A stretch of DNA of 63,298 nt, counting the filler, from Reticulomyxa filosa (lineage: Eukaryota; Protista; Foraminifera), in assembly GCA_000512085.1 (NCBI GenBank). It is 18 parts of 18 records of this genome, joined end to end, with 100 filler letters (N's around TTAATTAATTAA, not from the genome) between each part and the next. Parts side by side here need not be neighbours in the genome. Positions count along the whole stretch, not along the records: positions 1 to 4,859 come from ASPP01020160.1; positions 4,960 to 10,900 come from ASPP01018325.1; positions 11,001 to 16,734 come from ASPP01024729.1; 15 more parts are not named here. One strand, 5' to 3'. Below, one piece after another: positions 1 through 13,969 of this stretch. The first letter of the stretch is position 1. Each line of letters starts with the position of its first letter. Under the pieces are notes generated by a model, which worked only from the letters and a program-made list of their open reading frames with translations, was not told the DNA's origin and ran no database searches. Made by a program: the position numbers and the translations under genes.

Positions 1-594
1 ACTAATACTAATACTAATACTAATACTAATACTAATACTAATAACAATAACAATAATAATGAAAGCAATGTAAACAATGACGATAATAACGCATTGCAAA
101 TTCTAAAAAATGGCTTGTGTTTTCTCTCAAATGTTCAGTTTTATCGCAATACCAATGTCGTGTTTTTCCAAAGAAATCCGACAGCATTCTTCAATCCAGC
201 TGTGGCTTCTGTGTTTGACACCACGACCAACAAGCACAGCGACTCTTCCAAAACTGCAATGTCAACTTTAGCTACACAGTCGCAATCGCAATCGCAATCG
301 CAGTTGCAGTCGCAATCCAAAAATGAGGTGGAAGTGTCAAAATATTATCGACACCCGCATTCGTCGGCAAGCAAAACTGCAATTGGCAATAGCAATAACA
401 ACGCCAGTGTCGGCGGGAGTGGCAATTACTACCCGTTGATGACCACGGCGATGATGGATCCAAGTGCAAGCAGCCACGGCGACACTCGCAAATTGATATA
501 TTGGCACATGTCAGAGCAGCCCATGCAGTATTATCACCCACACTCAACACGTCGTTCGCCCAATCACTTGTCCAAGCGTATGCATGACAACAGC

Positions 595-625
<31 letters not shown>

Positions 626-2498
626 GTAACAGTAGTGATAATAATAATAATAACTCTGTTGTCCCATCAGCATTTTATCTCAACAACCACGCCAACGATC
701 ATCATCATCATTATCGTCATCACCATTCCGACGAACATGCGATGACGTATGACCGCTCTTGTCCTCACAGCTACGAACACGATTACAAGCAAGGACACAA
801 CCATGGCCATGGACATGGATATGAACATAGACATGAATATTATCATAACCACGACAACAACAACAACAACAGCAATGTCCACGGATACGACCAAAGCTCG
901 CCGGGTTATAACTACTATTACAACGACAGTCACAGCCACGACAACGAAGTGGACGTGGACAAACGCAAGGCTTTGGAGGCCTACGACTGTCGCGGTTATG
1001 TGTGCTACGACGAAGAGAGTCATCACAACTACGAGCCCTACAGCGGGCGTGCCAAGTCCAAGCCGAGCGACAAAGAGGAGCAGGAAGAGCCAGACGAGCA
1101 AGGACATGGAAAAGAACAAGAAGACCGGGAGCAAAGTCAAGGACAGCACAAAGGCAGTGGTGATGATGATGATGACGATAAAGATGAAGAAGAAGATGAT
1201 GATAATGATGATGATAATGATAATGATAATGATAATGATAATGACAATGATAAAGATAATGATAAAGACGAAAATGCAAAAGACGAAAATAGTACAGAAA
1301 AGAAAAAGAAGAAAAAAGATAAACATAAGAGTAAAGATCGAGAGAAAGAGAAAAAAAAAAAGAAAAAGAAAAAAGACAAGAACAAGGATAAAGACAAAGA
1401 CAAGAACAGAGACAAAGAAAAACACAAATCTAAATCCAAACACAAACACAAACACAAAGACAAGGACAGCAAAGGGGATAAAAAGCGACCGAAAGAAAAA
1501 GAAGAGTCAACCAAAAAAATAAAAAAGATAAAAAAAATAATAAAACGAAAGAAAGCAAGTATAGCCTATGGAAAACGTATTTGAAACAAAAAGAAAGAGA
1601 AAATAAAAAACCGACGGAAGAGACAGAATTTATTTGGGACAAGGAGTTGTTGGCTCAATTCTACACCATTGACCATTTCGTCAGTTACTTCAAAGAGTCC
1701 ATCGGCTTGGTGCACTGCTTGTCTTGCTTCATCAAAAATGACTGCGCCAATTTGCGCATGATCGAATGCTTTGATATAAAGTCGTTGAAAGACATGGGCA
1801 TTCAAAGCAAAGAAGATCAACAGTTCATTATCCAAGAATTTGACAAGTTTCTCAAGGAACAGCAAGAGGTATTTATTTTTCATCGTTTGTGCACTTTGCC
1901 AATTGGCTTTTTTTTTTTTTTAAAAAAAAAAACCTAACATATACGTATACACATATACATATATGTACAGTTTAAACACTGGATTCACGACTTAAAGTTG
2001 TCACATTACAATGAACTATTTGAAAATTGTGGTATTTTTCGTTTTAGGGACTTGTGTCGTGTCGCCATTGGCGGTCAGGATTTGAAAAAGTGCTTGCAAA
2101 TGGAAAATTCAAATGACTATGCTGTGCTCCGTCAAGCTATGAGGCAGCGCATCTTGGAATCACCAGATTTGTACGTTTTAATTTTTGTGTGTGTGTTTTT
2201 TACTGTATACGTGTTTGTGCCTGAGTCAATCAGTCATATCCTTCTCACTCTTTGCTCCCCTTTTTAAAAAAAAAAAATTCAAAATAGAACTTCGCTTGCA
2301 AACATCAGATTAACTGGAAAAAGTTCCAACGCAAACTCACTTTCACCTGAACGAAATGACTATGACGCAAGAAGAAGTCCAAAGGAGTACTCCACTCAAA
2401 AAAAAATGTCTTCGTCCAGCAAATTTAATGCTGACAAACAAGATCATGACTATGATCATATCAACGACAATCATAACAATAACGATAGTGAGCATTAA
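1..2498 (+). CDS. 5'-truncated low-complexity (N/H/D/K-rich) protein with two C-terminal SAM-like domains. Introns 1869-1970 and 2171-2287; one frameshift in the A-runs near 1510-1540
   Basis: Frame open from base 1. SAM-like segments 'IGLVHCLSCFIKNDCANLRMIECFDIKSLKDMGI' and 'WIHDLKLSHYNELFENCGIFRFRDL'. GT..AG introns restore frame to TAA at 2496-2498. Confidence 0.7.
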
Positions 2499-2858
2499 CA
2501 AAAAAAAAACTTAATTTTTTTTTAAAAATAATGCCTTACTTACCACTTGTAAATCAAGTGTTTGAAACGCTAGCTCTATTTCAGTCCAACTTTTTTTTTA
2601 GCGCCGATTCGACAACTATGAACGGATTGGTGCCTTTTTGTCAGTGGTGATTGATATGGTGTCATTCACTTTTTATTTTTCAACGATAAATTTGCACTTA
2701 TTTTTTTTTCAAAACAAGTGTAACATTGTTGCATTTTGAGCTACAAGATCAGCACCTCTCCTGTAAATCTAAAGTATTGAGTATCTTGACCGTTGAACCA
2801 AAAAAAGGGGGGGGGGGAAAAACAGAACCAGGAACTGCATAGACGCATAACATTTATC

Positions 2859-3470
2859 ATGGGCGGCTACGAAAGCAGCGAAATTGACGCGACCGTTCGT
2901 GATTATCTTAATAATGAGTCATCAGGTGCTGCAGCAGACACAAGTGGTGGCAATATCAAGCAAAAGGCTAGCCAGTACGAAGTGGCAAAAACGGAGCAAC
3001 GACAACAAGCGAGCATAGCGGAAAGGAATGAAGTGGAAAGAGGAGAGCCGGAGTCAGGGATAAGAAAGAAGGGCAAGAAAGGAGGAGGAAGAGATGACGA
3101 CGATGACAGAATAGACAATGAAGAAGAAGAAGAGAATGAGAATGTGAAAGAGAAAGAAAATGAGAATGAGAAGAATGAAGAAGAGCAATCGGAACAAGAT
3201 CAAAGAAGAATAGCAGAGAAGATGAGTCAGGATAAAGTAAGTTACGAACGAAGGTGGATCGATGCAATAAGTGAAGACCCAAAGTCGAGTAGTGTACGTG
3301 TGCAGTTTGCAAATTATCTGTTCTCACAACACCGATTTGAAGAAGCGCAATTCCAATTTGACGCCGCCTTGCGATTGGACCCCAACAATATCATTGCGCT
3401 ATATGATTTGGCATTTATGAAGCATCATCAATTTTATCATGCATTTTCTCAAACCAAGTGAACATATTAC

Positions 3471-3514
<44 letters not shown>

Positions 3515-4009
3515 TTATTTTATTTATTTGCGTTTGTATATATTCTAAGAAAGAAAAAAAGGCATCGATTTTTCGCAGTTTGCAAAATAAATGTGTTGTG
3601 GAAATAGACTGGCAGAGGCGCTGGAATGTGCGAATGCGGCGGTTCAAAACTATCACAAAGTTCTTCAAATTGAAGAGAACGACGTGGAGACACATTACCA
3701 ATTGGCGCTGCTGTACTTGACACAGCTGGAGACCTGCGTGAGCAGCAGCATCGACGACATATCGTCGCCTATTGCCAGCTTTGCCAATGAGCTGCTGACG
3801 AATGAGGACAGCGACGAAGTGATCCCCGCACATCTCGTCATGGGGGAAGGAAGAGGAGGAGGACAACAACAACAACAACAACAACAACAACGAGGAACAG
3901 AAGGGAGGCATGCATTTGAGCAAGAATAAGACTAAGAGCTACTTGCATTATTTGGAAGAAAAGATTGACGATAAACACAATAATAGCAATAACAATGAGA
4001 AAAATAATA

Positions 4010-4045
<36 letters not shown>

Positions 4046-4859
4046 TCAGTAATGAGCATAATAGATATAAACATAATAATGATAATGACAATAATAATAA
4101 TGACGAGGATGAGGATGAAACAGATGTAATTACAAATAGAAATACACACGGCTCCTCTCTGAGTCGCAGAAACAATCGCAAAAAGAAGACGATCGGACGA
4201 GGGCGATATTCGCCTTGGTATCACCAGCGACACGAGTTGATCGACCTGTGCAGTCGACACGCGCTCATTTGTTTGGACTATGTTACCGAGTTCGACCCGG
4301 TCGCATTTGGAGCAAACATCACTTACGCACGCCTTTTGTACTTGCAATGTGTCCCACCTTTTGTTTATTCCTACACTTCCGAACAACGTTATTTTCCACT
4401 TGTCAACACATATTATTTATATATATATATATATATACAATATTATACATATGCATATACATATATGTATATGTATATTAAACTCAATAAAAAGAACGTG
4501 AGAAAATCGACTTGGGGTTAAAGAAGCTGCACGAAGCGCTGGAGATCAACGAGATGGATGCGACGCTGCACCACGACTTGGCGCTGCTGTACAGCCACGA
4601 CTGTCGACGTGACTACGTGATCGCGGAGCAGCACTGGAAGCAAGCGCACGAGTTGGACCGCGCCAACTCGTTGTATTTGGCGCAGTTGGGTTACTTGTGT
4701 CAGTACAAGTTGAAGAAGATCCCGCAGGCCATACATTACTACGACATGGTATTGCAATTGACCACAACCCATTCACAAGTTTGGAATAACCTTGGCATTT
4801 TGAAGGCACAACAATCATCTTCTTCTTCTGCTGCTGCTTCTTCTTCTTCTTCTTCTTCT
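2859..4859 (+). CDS. TPR-repeat protein, 3'-truncated. Introns 3458-3607 and 4388-4494; frameshift in a G-run near 3842
   Basis: TPR motifs 'FEEAQFQFDAALRLDPNNIIALYDLA', 'AVQNYHKVLQIEENDVETHYQLALLY', 'AIHYYDMVLQL..SQVWNNLG'. Confidence 0.85.
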
Positions 4860-4959
4860 NNNNNNNNNNNNNNNNNNNNNNNNNNNNNNNNNNNNNNNNN
4901 NNNTTAATTAATTAANNNNNNNNNNNNNNNNNNNNNNNNNNNNNNNNNNNNNNNNNNNN
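4860..4959. other. Artificial contig-joining spacer (N44-TTAATTAATTAA-N44). First of 17; the others start at 10901, 16735, 21505, 23950, 26335, 32642, 36130, 38475, 41212, 43386, 53260, 54724, 56107, 58178, 59423, 62097
   Basis: Identical 100-nt N linker with a six-frame stop palindrome repeated 17 times. Confidence 0.98.
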
Positions 4960-6129
4960 AAACTAGCTTTGTGTTTTCTTGTTATTTCGTTTTGTTTTAT
5001 GATGTATTATATTCTAACATCGTTCATATTGTTTTTAGTGGGGTGGTTGAATCATAGAATCGTTCATTGTAGCAACAGCAAAAGAACTAACTGGTCTTTT
5101 AAAAAGAAAAAGGTGTTGTCGGATTTGTTGTTGCGATCCAAAACTCGGTGGCATGTGTTGTTGGAAATGGACTTGAAACAAGTCGAATTTTTATATAATT
5201 TAATTTTTTAATGTATACTGTATTTATATGTATACATAAACACTTTGTCTGTGCTCCAATAGATCGAACATTTTCCCAATCCAAAAGAGTTTTTGCTACG
5301 AACACGAACGGCGTAACATGATGAAAACTAAAAATAATCAATTGTGAATTATTTTTTAAGACTGAATAATGTGTATTTCATTCTTATCTGTATTGTCACT
5401 AAATTTATCGCTGTTCTAATATCTATTTAGAACATCGCCAATGTCCTCATTGTAATTGATGATATCATTGTCATCGTCGTCATCGTCATTCTTCTAGTCG
5501 TCGCTAAAATTCTCTTATTTCAAATCGACAGTCTTTTCGTTCTTTCGCAGCAATCGATATTGGACTTCAAATATCATCGATACCTGCTTGAACGACTTCA
5601 TTTACCGCCAATAAATTTTATTAATTTATTTAAAAAAAGATTAGTACGTGCATGTGTATGTTTTTTTTTTAAATAAATGATAAATTCTAATGTTGAAGCA
5701 ATGCAAACATAAAAAAACTCATAATGAGAAATTTGCAATATATTGTCTGTTGTTTTCGAAATGGTGACAAGCGTTGCATTATATTAGTTACGAATGTAAA
5801 TGCGAATTTTGCTCATTGACTATTATTTTTGCCACAATAATATGCAAACCAAAAAAAAAAATCTTATTTTATTTATTTATATATGTATATAAATAAATAT
5901 AGAAACATGTTTGAGAATGTTATTATATTTGAAAAACGCGATTTGCAGTTGAGTGGCCAATCGCAAAGGTTTGACATGATCAAAAAAAGTGTATCAAGTG
6001 TTTAGCAATTTGATCAGTCAAATATCATTTTCAACATTGTGATTTTGCAGCAATTCATTGTAGTTGATATTTATCTTTTTTTTTATAAAAAAAAAGGTTG
6101 TTGATGTCTACATACACAAATATACACAA

Positions 6130-6850
6130 TCATATAACAAAAAACTTGTTGCAAAATGTCGACTTCTTTGGAACACGAATCCTTTTGTTGAAGGAACAAC
6201 ATCTTTTTATTGTCGGCGATGCGGTCACACTACATGAGCATTTGCTAATCTTGTATGTATTTGTCCAACACCAGCTTAATGATGTATCATCACTTCTTGA
6301 CTTGCGCTTCCAACTTGTCCACGCCGCCGTTGATTTTGTTCATCAGTGTGTCCACAATCACGTTGCGTTCGTTCAGTTCGTCAACACGCTTTTACTCTTC
6401 AGGAGACCGATCGAATATCGAAATTTTTTTCCTTTTTTTTTCTTTACTGATCTCCATTGCCACAATTGTTATTGCTGTCTCTATCATTTGATCAGCCGTC
6501 CAATTAACTCAACCCATTGCTTGCGGTTCATTCGCTACTAGTCTTTGCGACTTTAACGCCTTTCATGAATCGACGCTTGTGCATTGTGTCCAGACCCAAG
6601 TCTTTGCAACCTACTGTATTTTCGCTTTTGCTTCATGTGCTGGCTCTTCTTCCATTTACATGTACAACATGCATATACTCATATAACTACATCATGTGTT
6701 TTCCATTCTCAATAATTTTGTCTCACAAACTGTAGGTCTTCGGCATTAAATTCCATCAATTCATTTATGTCAACTTGTCTTTGCTCAAACGTCGGTTGTG
6801 TACTCTCCAACTTGTTCTTCTTCAACCAATCTGAAAGCACAAAAGTAGCT
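6130..6850 (-). pseudogene. Degenerate SAM-domain plus coiled-coil gene
   Basis: Minus strand reads 'LSDWLKKNKLESTQPTFEQRQVDINELMEFNAEDL...KDLGLDTMHKRRFMKGV', then coiled-coil-like sequence with several in-frame stops. Confidence 0.6.
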
Positions 6851-9801
6851 TCCAAAGAGATCAAGTAGTGATGAAACAATGTATTGTTATTATTGACTTT
6901 TTATTGAATTGTTTTCATTCACTTTTGAATTTTTTGATTTTCGTTCAAACTTAATAAACATATAATACTTAAAAATGAGAAATAAGATTGAAGAAAAGAT
7001 ACTGATGTAAAGATTTTGAAATCAAAAGAAAAACATGTGTACTAAATTGCAATTGTTCACACGTTTCCGTTTGCATTATAGTTGAATAGTAGCGACATTG
7101 AGTTATATCAGTATGAAAAAACTTTGTTGATGTATTTCTTAAAATATTGAGACAGTCGACCTTTATGTAAACAATCAATTACTTTGCCAAAAAAGTTTAA
7201 ATCATGAGATATTGTGATATATACACTATTAGGCTTGTTTGTACGGATAGCACAGCTATTGATAGTGTGGAATTTATAACGAGCTTTGCACGTTCACAAA
7301 AAAAGGTGATATCAATATACTGGACATATTATTAAGTACATGAACATTGTAAGCACATTCGTTCTTTAAATGCTGCATGTATGAGCAATGATAGTGACAG
7401 TAAGCTTTGTGATTATATTGATGGATGACTTTCTACTGCTTCGTCCTTCCTAGTGCACTAAAAAAAAGAAACAAAAATTCAACAGTCGCTTATCACACGA
7501 TCGCACTTTCTGGTATTGATTTTATTTATTATTAACATAAATACAATATTACATAGTATTTGTTTGCGTTCACATAAAAAATATCACAAAATAAAGAAAA
7601 AAAATACTATGTGATGCAGATATACTCATTTTTGTTCCGGAAATTTTATGTACTGTACAATTTTGAACGCCATCATTAACAAATTTTGGTATTGTATTAT
7701 ATAATGACGTATAAGAAAAACATTAAATGAATTTTTTTTTTTGACATACTAACAAAAATAATAAAAAAAACGAAAAAGTTCAACAATATGTTTTTGCTTT
7801 CATCGAAAAAACTGTAATAATAATTATTTTCACCTGATTAACAACTTTGAACATCAATAAACTGACAATTAAACTGGTTTGACAAAAATAAAATATTATT
7901 TGATTATTTCATCAAAATAATATGTTTTTACTAACATTTGCGTCATTACAAATAAGTTTGACGCTTCGTCTGCATTTAATCGATAAAATGTTCACAAGTA
8001 AATTTCGAATTTTTTACATATTCAATTTTCGTATCTAATAATCGAAATGATTACTCATTTGACTCTAACTTTATTATTGAATAGTCCGTGTCTGGAAATG
8101 GTTCTAATACTAGCTCATATTGTCAATACTGCAATGAATCCAACTTACATTATTAAATCATGTATAATTAAAAATGTACTACAATTTGTTAAAAAGAACT
8201 TCGTTTTTGTTGATAAAATCGTTTCATGAAAACTGTTATCAATAAAATTTTAAAAATATATTGATATTCATTCTCAAGCAAATTGAATAATTATAACAAA
8301 TATGCATTTCAAAATCTTGTATTGCTTAAAAATATAATCGAAAATTATTCAAAAATTATATCCTTTCCAAAAAAAACTTTATAAAGTTTATTACATTAAA
8401 ATTATAGTTTGTTGTTTCAAAAGATGTGATGAAGTTTTTATTTATTAAGAAGAGCGAAATAATTTGAATAATTTCTTTGAAATATAGTTAAATTGTATTC
8501 ATTTTGTTGAAGAAAGAGGTATTTTGCACAACAAAATGTTATTATATTATTTGAATTTGATTATTTTTTAACACAATCAAATTTAAATGAAACATATTGA
8601 AATTGACACTGCAATTGAAAAAAATATTCTTTTTACATAAAATCCAAAAAATGAATAAAAACATAAATTTGTTGGAACAGAATAGAAATAATATAATATT
8701 TATCATGAACAATACATTTACCACGTCCAAGTCCTAACTCAATTTGAACATGAATTGCTTTAATTAAATGTCATGTGTTAAGATTTACATTATTTGCATA
8801 AATTTCTTAAAACATTCAATAACTAATTTATTTTTTAATCTACCAAGCAGCTTGATTTAATTTCCTTTTTATCGTATTTATTTGAGAACTTGTCATATGC
8901 ATTACAAAAAATTATATACAAATTATTTAACAATTTTCGAAATCATTCAAATTTGATATAACTGATTAAAGTAAATATTTTTCTCAATGACAATATGATT
9001 TAGTATAAAATTATTTCTAAAATTGCAAACAAATCAAATTTCAATTTCTAATTCCGTTTGCGTAGCTAAATTTCAAAATCTTGTTGCACTTTTACTGGAA
9101 AATAGTATGTTCGTCCCATTATGACAAATGCGGACAATGTAGTCTTTAGTTTACGCTTTTTTTGTTTTTTATCTGGTATTGATAAAAATTTGATAGCTTA
9201 CTCGTTGCTTTTTCTTGTAAATCAATTGTTATTCTTTAATGACACTTCCACTTCACACAATCTTTTTTTTTCCAGACAAAATAACACAAATTAAAAATGA
9301 TAATATAATTAATTCAAAAAGTAAAGATAAAAAATAAACTAAAACTTGTTTAACCATTTTTAATATTTTTTTTATTAGGAAAAAGTTGAAGTTGTTCAAT
9401 TTCTGTTGGCGCCCCACATCTCAGCACATATCTCCTTTTTAAAAACACACAAAGAAAATACTGTAAAATGAATGTGCTATTGTTCGAATTGATGTTATAG
9501 TGAATTCATGTGTCGCCAAAAAAAAAAACTGAAATTTCTCCTATCATCCAATGCATTAAGACTGAGAAAAATTTAAATTTAAAGTTTTAGTTTTAGCAAA
9601 ATTATTGAAAAAAATTAAATTGTTTGAAATACTCACAATGACGATAAATTATTAATGTTGGAAATCTCGAAGAATGAAATTAATTAGAAAAACTTTCACT
9701 TCCTCAATAAAAACAAAAAGATGGGGAAGAGGTTTATACACAATTCAAGTTACTTAAGAAATTAATTTCATTCAAGCGATATTGAATAATTAGAGATTAG
9801 G

Positions 9802-10827
9802 TCATAAAGGCTGAAGGGGTTCATTTGAAGGGCTATGGAAATGCTGTTGTTTGTTGGAAGTGTTAGATCCTGATCCTATTTTTTTGTTCATCATCCCAAA
9901 AAAAGATAAAGTGAAAATTCTTGCAAAAAAAAAATTACACGATGCACAGTTATGTTTCGTGTGTGTAACAAAAAGAACCTGTGCTATTGTCTTTGAGTCC
10001 AGGCCACCAGTTTATCTCTCTGTGTGTTTTTTTAAAAAATAACAAGTCAATGCAATATGCAAATAAACAAATAAATAAACAAAAATAAGGTGTTTGTTTG
10101 TAGATATAGAAAACTTGGCTAGTGACAATACAGCAGGGACCAATAAAGTACGAATAATGAATGTATCAACCAAGACAGCAACAACAAGGATAAATCCTGT
10201 TTGATTTAAAGAAGTGATTTCCGAGAAGAGCAAACCACAAAAAGCAATGGCCATGATGACACCAGCAGCGGTGATGATCGACCCAGTGTTGTAAATACCA
10301 CGAACAATAGCTTCACGGGTGGGCAGTCCAAGTAGACGATATTCATACACTCGTGCGAATAAGAACACATCGTAATCCAATGCCAAGCCAATCAAAATGG
10401 TGACAGTCATGACCGGTGTCAACCAATACAAACCATGCGTGTTGGCCAATGCAGACCAATGCAAGCCGCTCAACAAACCCTTTTGGTACACGAGAATGCT
10501 CAGTCCATAGACCAAGGTTAAGGGAACGGCAATGGTGATAAACAATCGAATCGGAACAAAGGCAGAGGCGAAACAGAGTCCCATGATGCAAAACACGGCC
10601 AAAACTATTCCTAGCAGCACAAAAGGGAACTGTGAGAATATTGTATTCACCAAGTCGACTTCGTTAGCAGACCCTCCAGTTAAATAACATTTGTACGATG
10701 CTCCACTAGGCGCTCCATTTTCGCACAAGTTATTCATCACATCACGACAATGTGAGACAAATTCTATCGCATTGGAGTAGTAAGGATCAAATGAACTAAT
10801 CATTTGAAAGTACGATGCTTCATTCAT
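9802..10827 (-). CDS. MmpL-family (RND superfamily) membrane transporter, C-terminal part, with two small 3' exons
   Basis: 'ILIGLALDYDVFLFARVYE', 'TGSIITAAGVIM', 'VDTFIIRTLLVPA'. A spliced exon near 9980-10020 gives 'EINWWPG', the MmpL C-terminal WWP motif. Last exon ends TGA at 9802-9804. Confidence 0.88.
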
Positions 10828-10863
10828 TTATTTATTTATTTTTTTTTTTATTAGTATTATTTA

Positions 10864-10900
<37 letters not shown>

Positions 10901-11857
10901 NNNNNNNNNNNNNNNNNNNNNNNNNNNNNNNNNNNNNNNNNNNNTTAATTAATTAANNNNNNNNNNNNNNNNNNNNNNNNNNNNNNNNNNNNNNNNNNNN
11001 TGCAAAGATCAATTTACATAACTTTAATAGATTTGAACATTTTCAATTTTTCAAAAAAACTGTTTGATTGAAAAGAAGATCTTCAGATAGACTTTCATTA
11101 TCTTCATTTAATTACTTGTAATTTTTTGTTATCTGTATAAGTAAAAATGAAAAATGATTTTGATATTGATGTCAATATAGTCTTAATCAATTAAACGTTA
11201 AACATGTATGTAAAATTAACACTTTTTCTCGATACGACATTCAATAATAATATTGATTAGTTTTGTTTGCGGATTGAAATAAAGAGCTTTTATTGTAATA
11301 TTAACTATGCTTATTGTATGATAATTTGTGAAACAAATAACGACTTACTTATGATTCTCAGTTGCTAAAAAATGTCTCTTTTGCATGATAAAGTTTGTTA
11401 TTTTGTAAAAAATATTGACGTGCAGCATGACATAATAATGCTTTTCCAAAAATTTCACTAAAAAGAACTTGTTTGCAAGTCTTAACACAAGTATTTTATA
11501 CAGACAAAAACTAAATGTGAATAGAATTTAAAGCTACACACAAAGTGTAAATCATTTGAAAATTCTTAACTGTCATTTTTTAAGGAAACAAGTTAATTCA
11601 AAAAGAAAGGTACAACATCCGAGTTTCCGATACTTTGATCATCTCAAAAAGGACAGTGCCTAATTGCAGCAAGACTGTCACAACTCAATCTTGGTTGATA
11701 GATAACAATGTTTAACAATTTTTATTGCTCAAATTATATGCAATTATTTTGTTTCATTAATCAAATAAAAAATATCCATGTAAAATATTTTTTGTTTTCT
11801 CAAACAGCCCCTTTTTTTTAAAAATAAACTTAAAAAAATTTCCTAAACATTAACAAC

Positions 11858-13098
11858 ATGGGCAATCAAACTTTTCAAACTTTGAAGGAGTTGCCCACTC
11901 CACTTGAGCAATCTCAATGTATGCTACACAAACACGAACTCATCATTTGTGGAGGTTATGAACAAAGAGCTTGTTATTCTTATCATACAATTAAAAACGA
12001 ATACAAGTTTATCTGTGAGTATCCAAGTCATGTTAAATTAAATGGACACTGTGTAGTAAAATTAGTAGATAACAAAAATAATAGTAACCAAGATAGAAAT
12101 CAAATCACTTTATTGTCTTTTGGTGGATTAATTAAACATACGCTGGTGATGAAATATGTAAGTGTTTGGAGTAATATATCAAAAAAAATAAAAAAATTAA
12201 ACAATTACAATCAATGGGTTCCTTTCACAGACAATCAAAATCAACCAATTATCATTGGAAGAGATGAATATCACAATTATCAAGGAGTGCGTGCAGTGAT
12301 TGGCGGAAGCAACAATCATTTGTTATTTATCACTTGTTATTCAAATAATATTAGTGTGTTCAATTTAAATACATTTCAATTTATTAAACACGATACTTTA
12401 CCAACTGATGATGATATATTTTACCACTGCTTTGTATCAAATTTAGAAAATGAACAAGGACAAGAAATGACGAAAACAAATAAAGGAGAAAATAAACAAA
12501 ATTATCAAATGCTATTATTTTGTAAAAAGACAGGATTATCAATTAAATATGATGAAGATAACAACGCTTTTCAATTTCATCAATTGCCTGTATGCAGTGA
12601 TATTGCATCTTTCTTTTGTTATGCATATGTGTGTATCAATGATATCATTTTGTTTTTTGGTGGATGGAATAGTAAATATGGTTTTGATTCTGTTATTTTA
12701 AAATCAGTACAAAAATATTCAATTCGAGACAACAAATGGACAGCATTCCAAAAAACTTTACCCAGCTCATTGTATCATTCTGTTGCAATATTGAATGAAG
12801 AGGACAATCATATACACATTATTGGAGGAAATGATGACGAAAATACAACAATATCAACTCACATGAAGACTAAAGTGCGTGCATGGGATCCTTCACAGTT
12901 GGTAATGATTTGTTTATTTATATTTATTTATTTTGATGAAATACAAATAAATTTGATTGTATGAAACTAATTTTAATAAATAATGAATAGTCAAAAAATG
13001 AAATAGAATTTATTGTTCGACATTGGATTCGAACTTTACAAATAAAATTTGGATGGATCAATGATTTTAATAAAATTATTATGAAGTACAGTAGATGA
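11858..13098 (+). CDS. Kelch-repeat beta-propeller protein; intron 12902-12990
   Basis: Kelch GG motifs 'ELIICGG', 'LLSFGG', 'ILFFGGW', 'IHIIGG'. Final exon SKNEIEFIVRHWIRTLQIKFGWINDFNKIIMKYSR*. Confidence 0.88.
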
Positions 13099-13380
13099 AC
13101 AATTAAAATTTCTGTTGACTATGCTAATCCTTAAATATGATTTTGATTTTAATTTTTATTTCATAATTATGGAATTTACTAATTTTTTTGTAAGTATTTT
13201 CAAAATTAAAAAAAAGGTTAACAATCAAAACAAATAAATTATTAAATAAATATTTCTCTATAATAAATCTTTAACCAAAGATAAAAAGAAATTTTAACAC
13301 AGCAAAAATGCAATTATTGTAACACAAAATTCTGCAATAATTTATCATTTATGAATAAGCACATTTATACTTTGTAAATA

Positions 13381-13969
13381 CAGTAGAAAAAAAAAGTTGA
13401 CACCTAAAATGGCACTTTATGAAGATGATTGATTTTCTCCATGAAAAGACAACATTTAATCAAAATTTTTTTAAAAATAGCTACAAATCGTGTAGTTTTT
13501 AAATATTATTTTAGTTTTTTATTTTATCTTTCGAAATTTTTTGTTTGTGCTATGTTTTGTAATGATTGTTCTGTTTTAATAAAAACAGTTTGATGTAATT
13601 GTTTTTAAAACGATAATTATTTAATTAAAAGTTTTACAAGTTTAAATGTTTAGATATTTTGATGTTTTTTATTTACAAGTGACACTTTTTTCTTTACGAT
13701 CACAAAATATCTTGTTAAAAAAGTTTTAGTTTTTCAAAAGATGACACTCAATAAACTGCAAACAACAAATAAAAAGTCAATAAAAACAATTGGAATTAAA
13801 CAAAAATATATAAAACAGCTCTAGAAACTAAAATTTAAAAAACAATACTATTGCAGATAAAATAAAAAACCAAAATGATATTTAAAAACTACACAATTCG
13901 TATATATTTTTAAAAAATTTTGATTAAATGTTGTTTTTTCATGGAGAAAATCAATCATTTTCATAAAGT
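13381..13969. mobile_element. MITE-like element with long inverted repeats (about 13414-13529 vs 13855-13969) and a Tc1/mariner-like TA|CAGT left end
   Basis: Left arm ACTTTATGAAGATGATTGATTTTCTCCATGAAAAGACAACATTTAATCAAAA... is the near-exact reverse complement of the right arm. Homologous arms occur on other contigs. Confidence 0.8.

Noticed and set aside
272-1642. Many long overlapping antisense and alternative-frame ORFs (also at 2903-4772 and 43825-45997)
   Set aside because: Shadows of low-complexity trinucleotide-repeat coding sequence
8040-8230. CQYCNE..H zinc-knuckle-like remnant of a non-LTR retrotransposon
   Set aside because: Too short and degraded to support without a search
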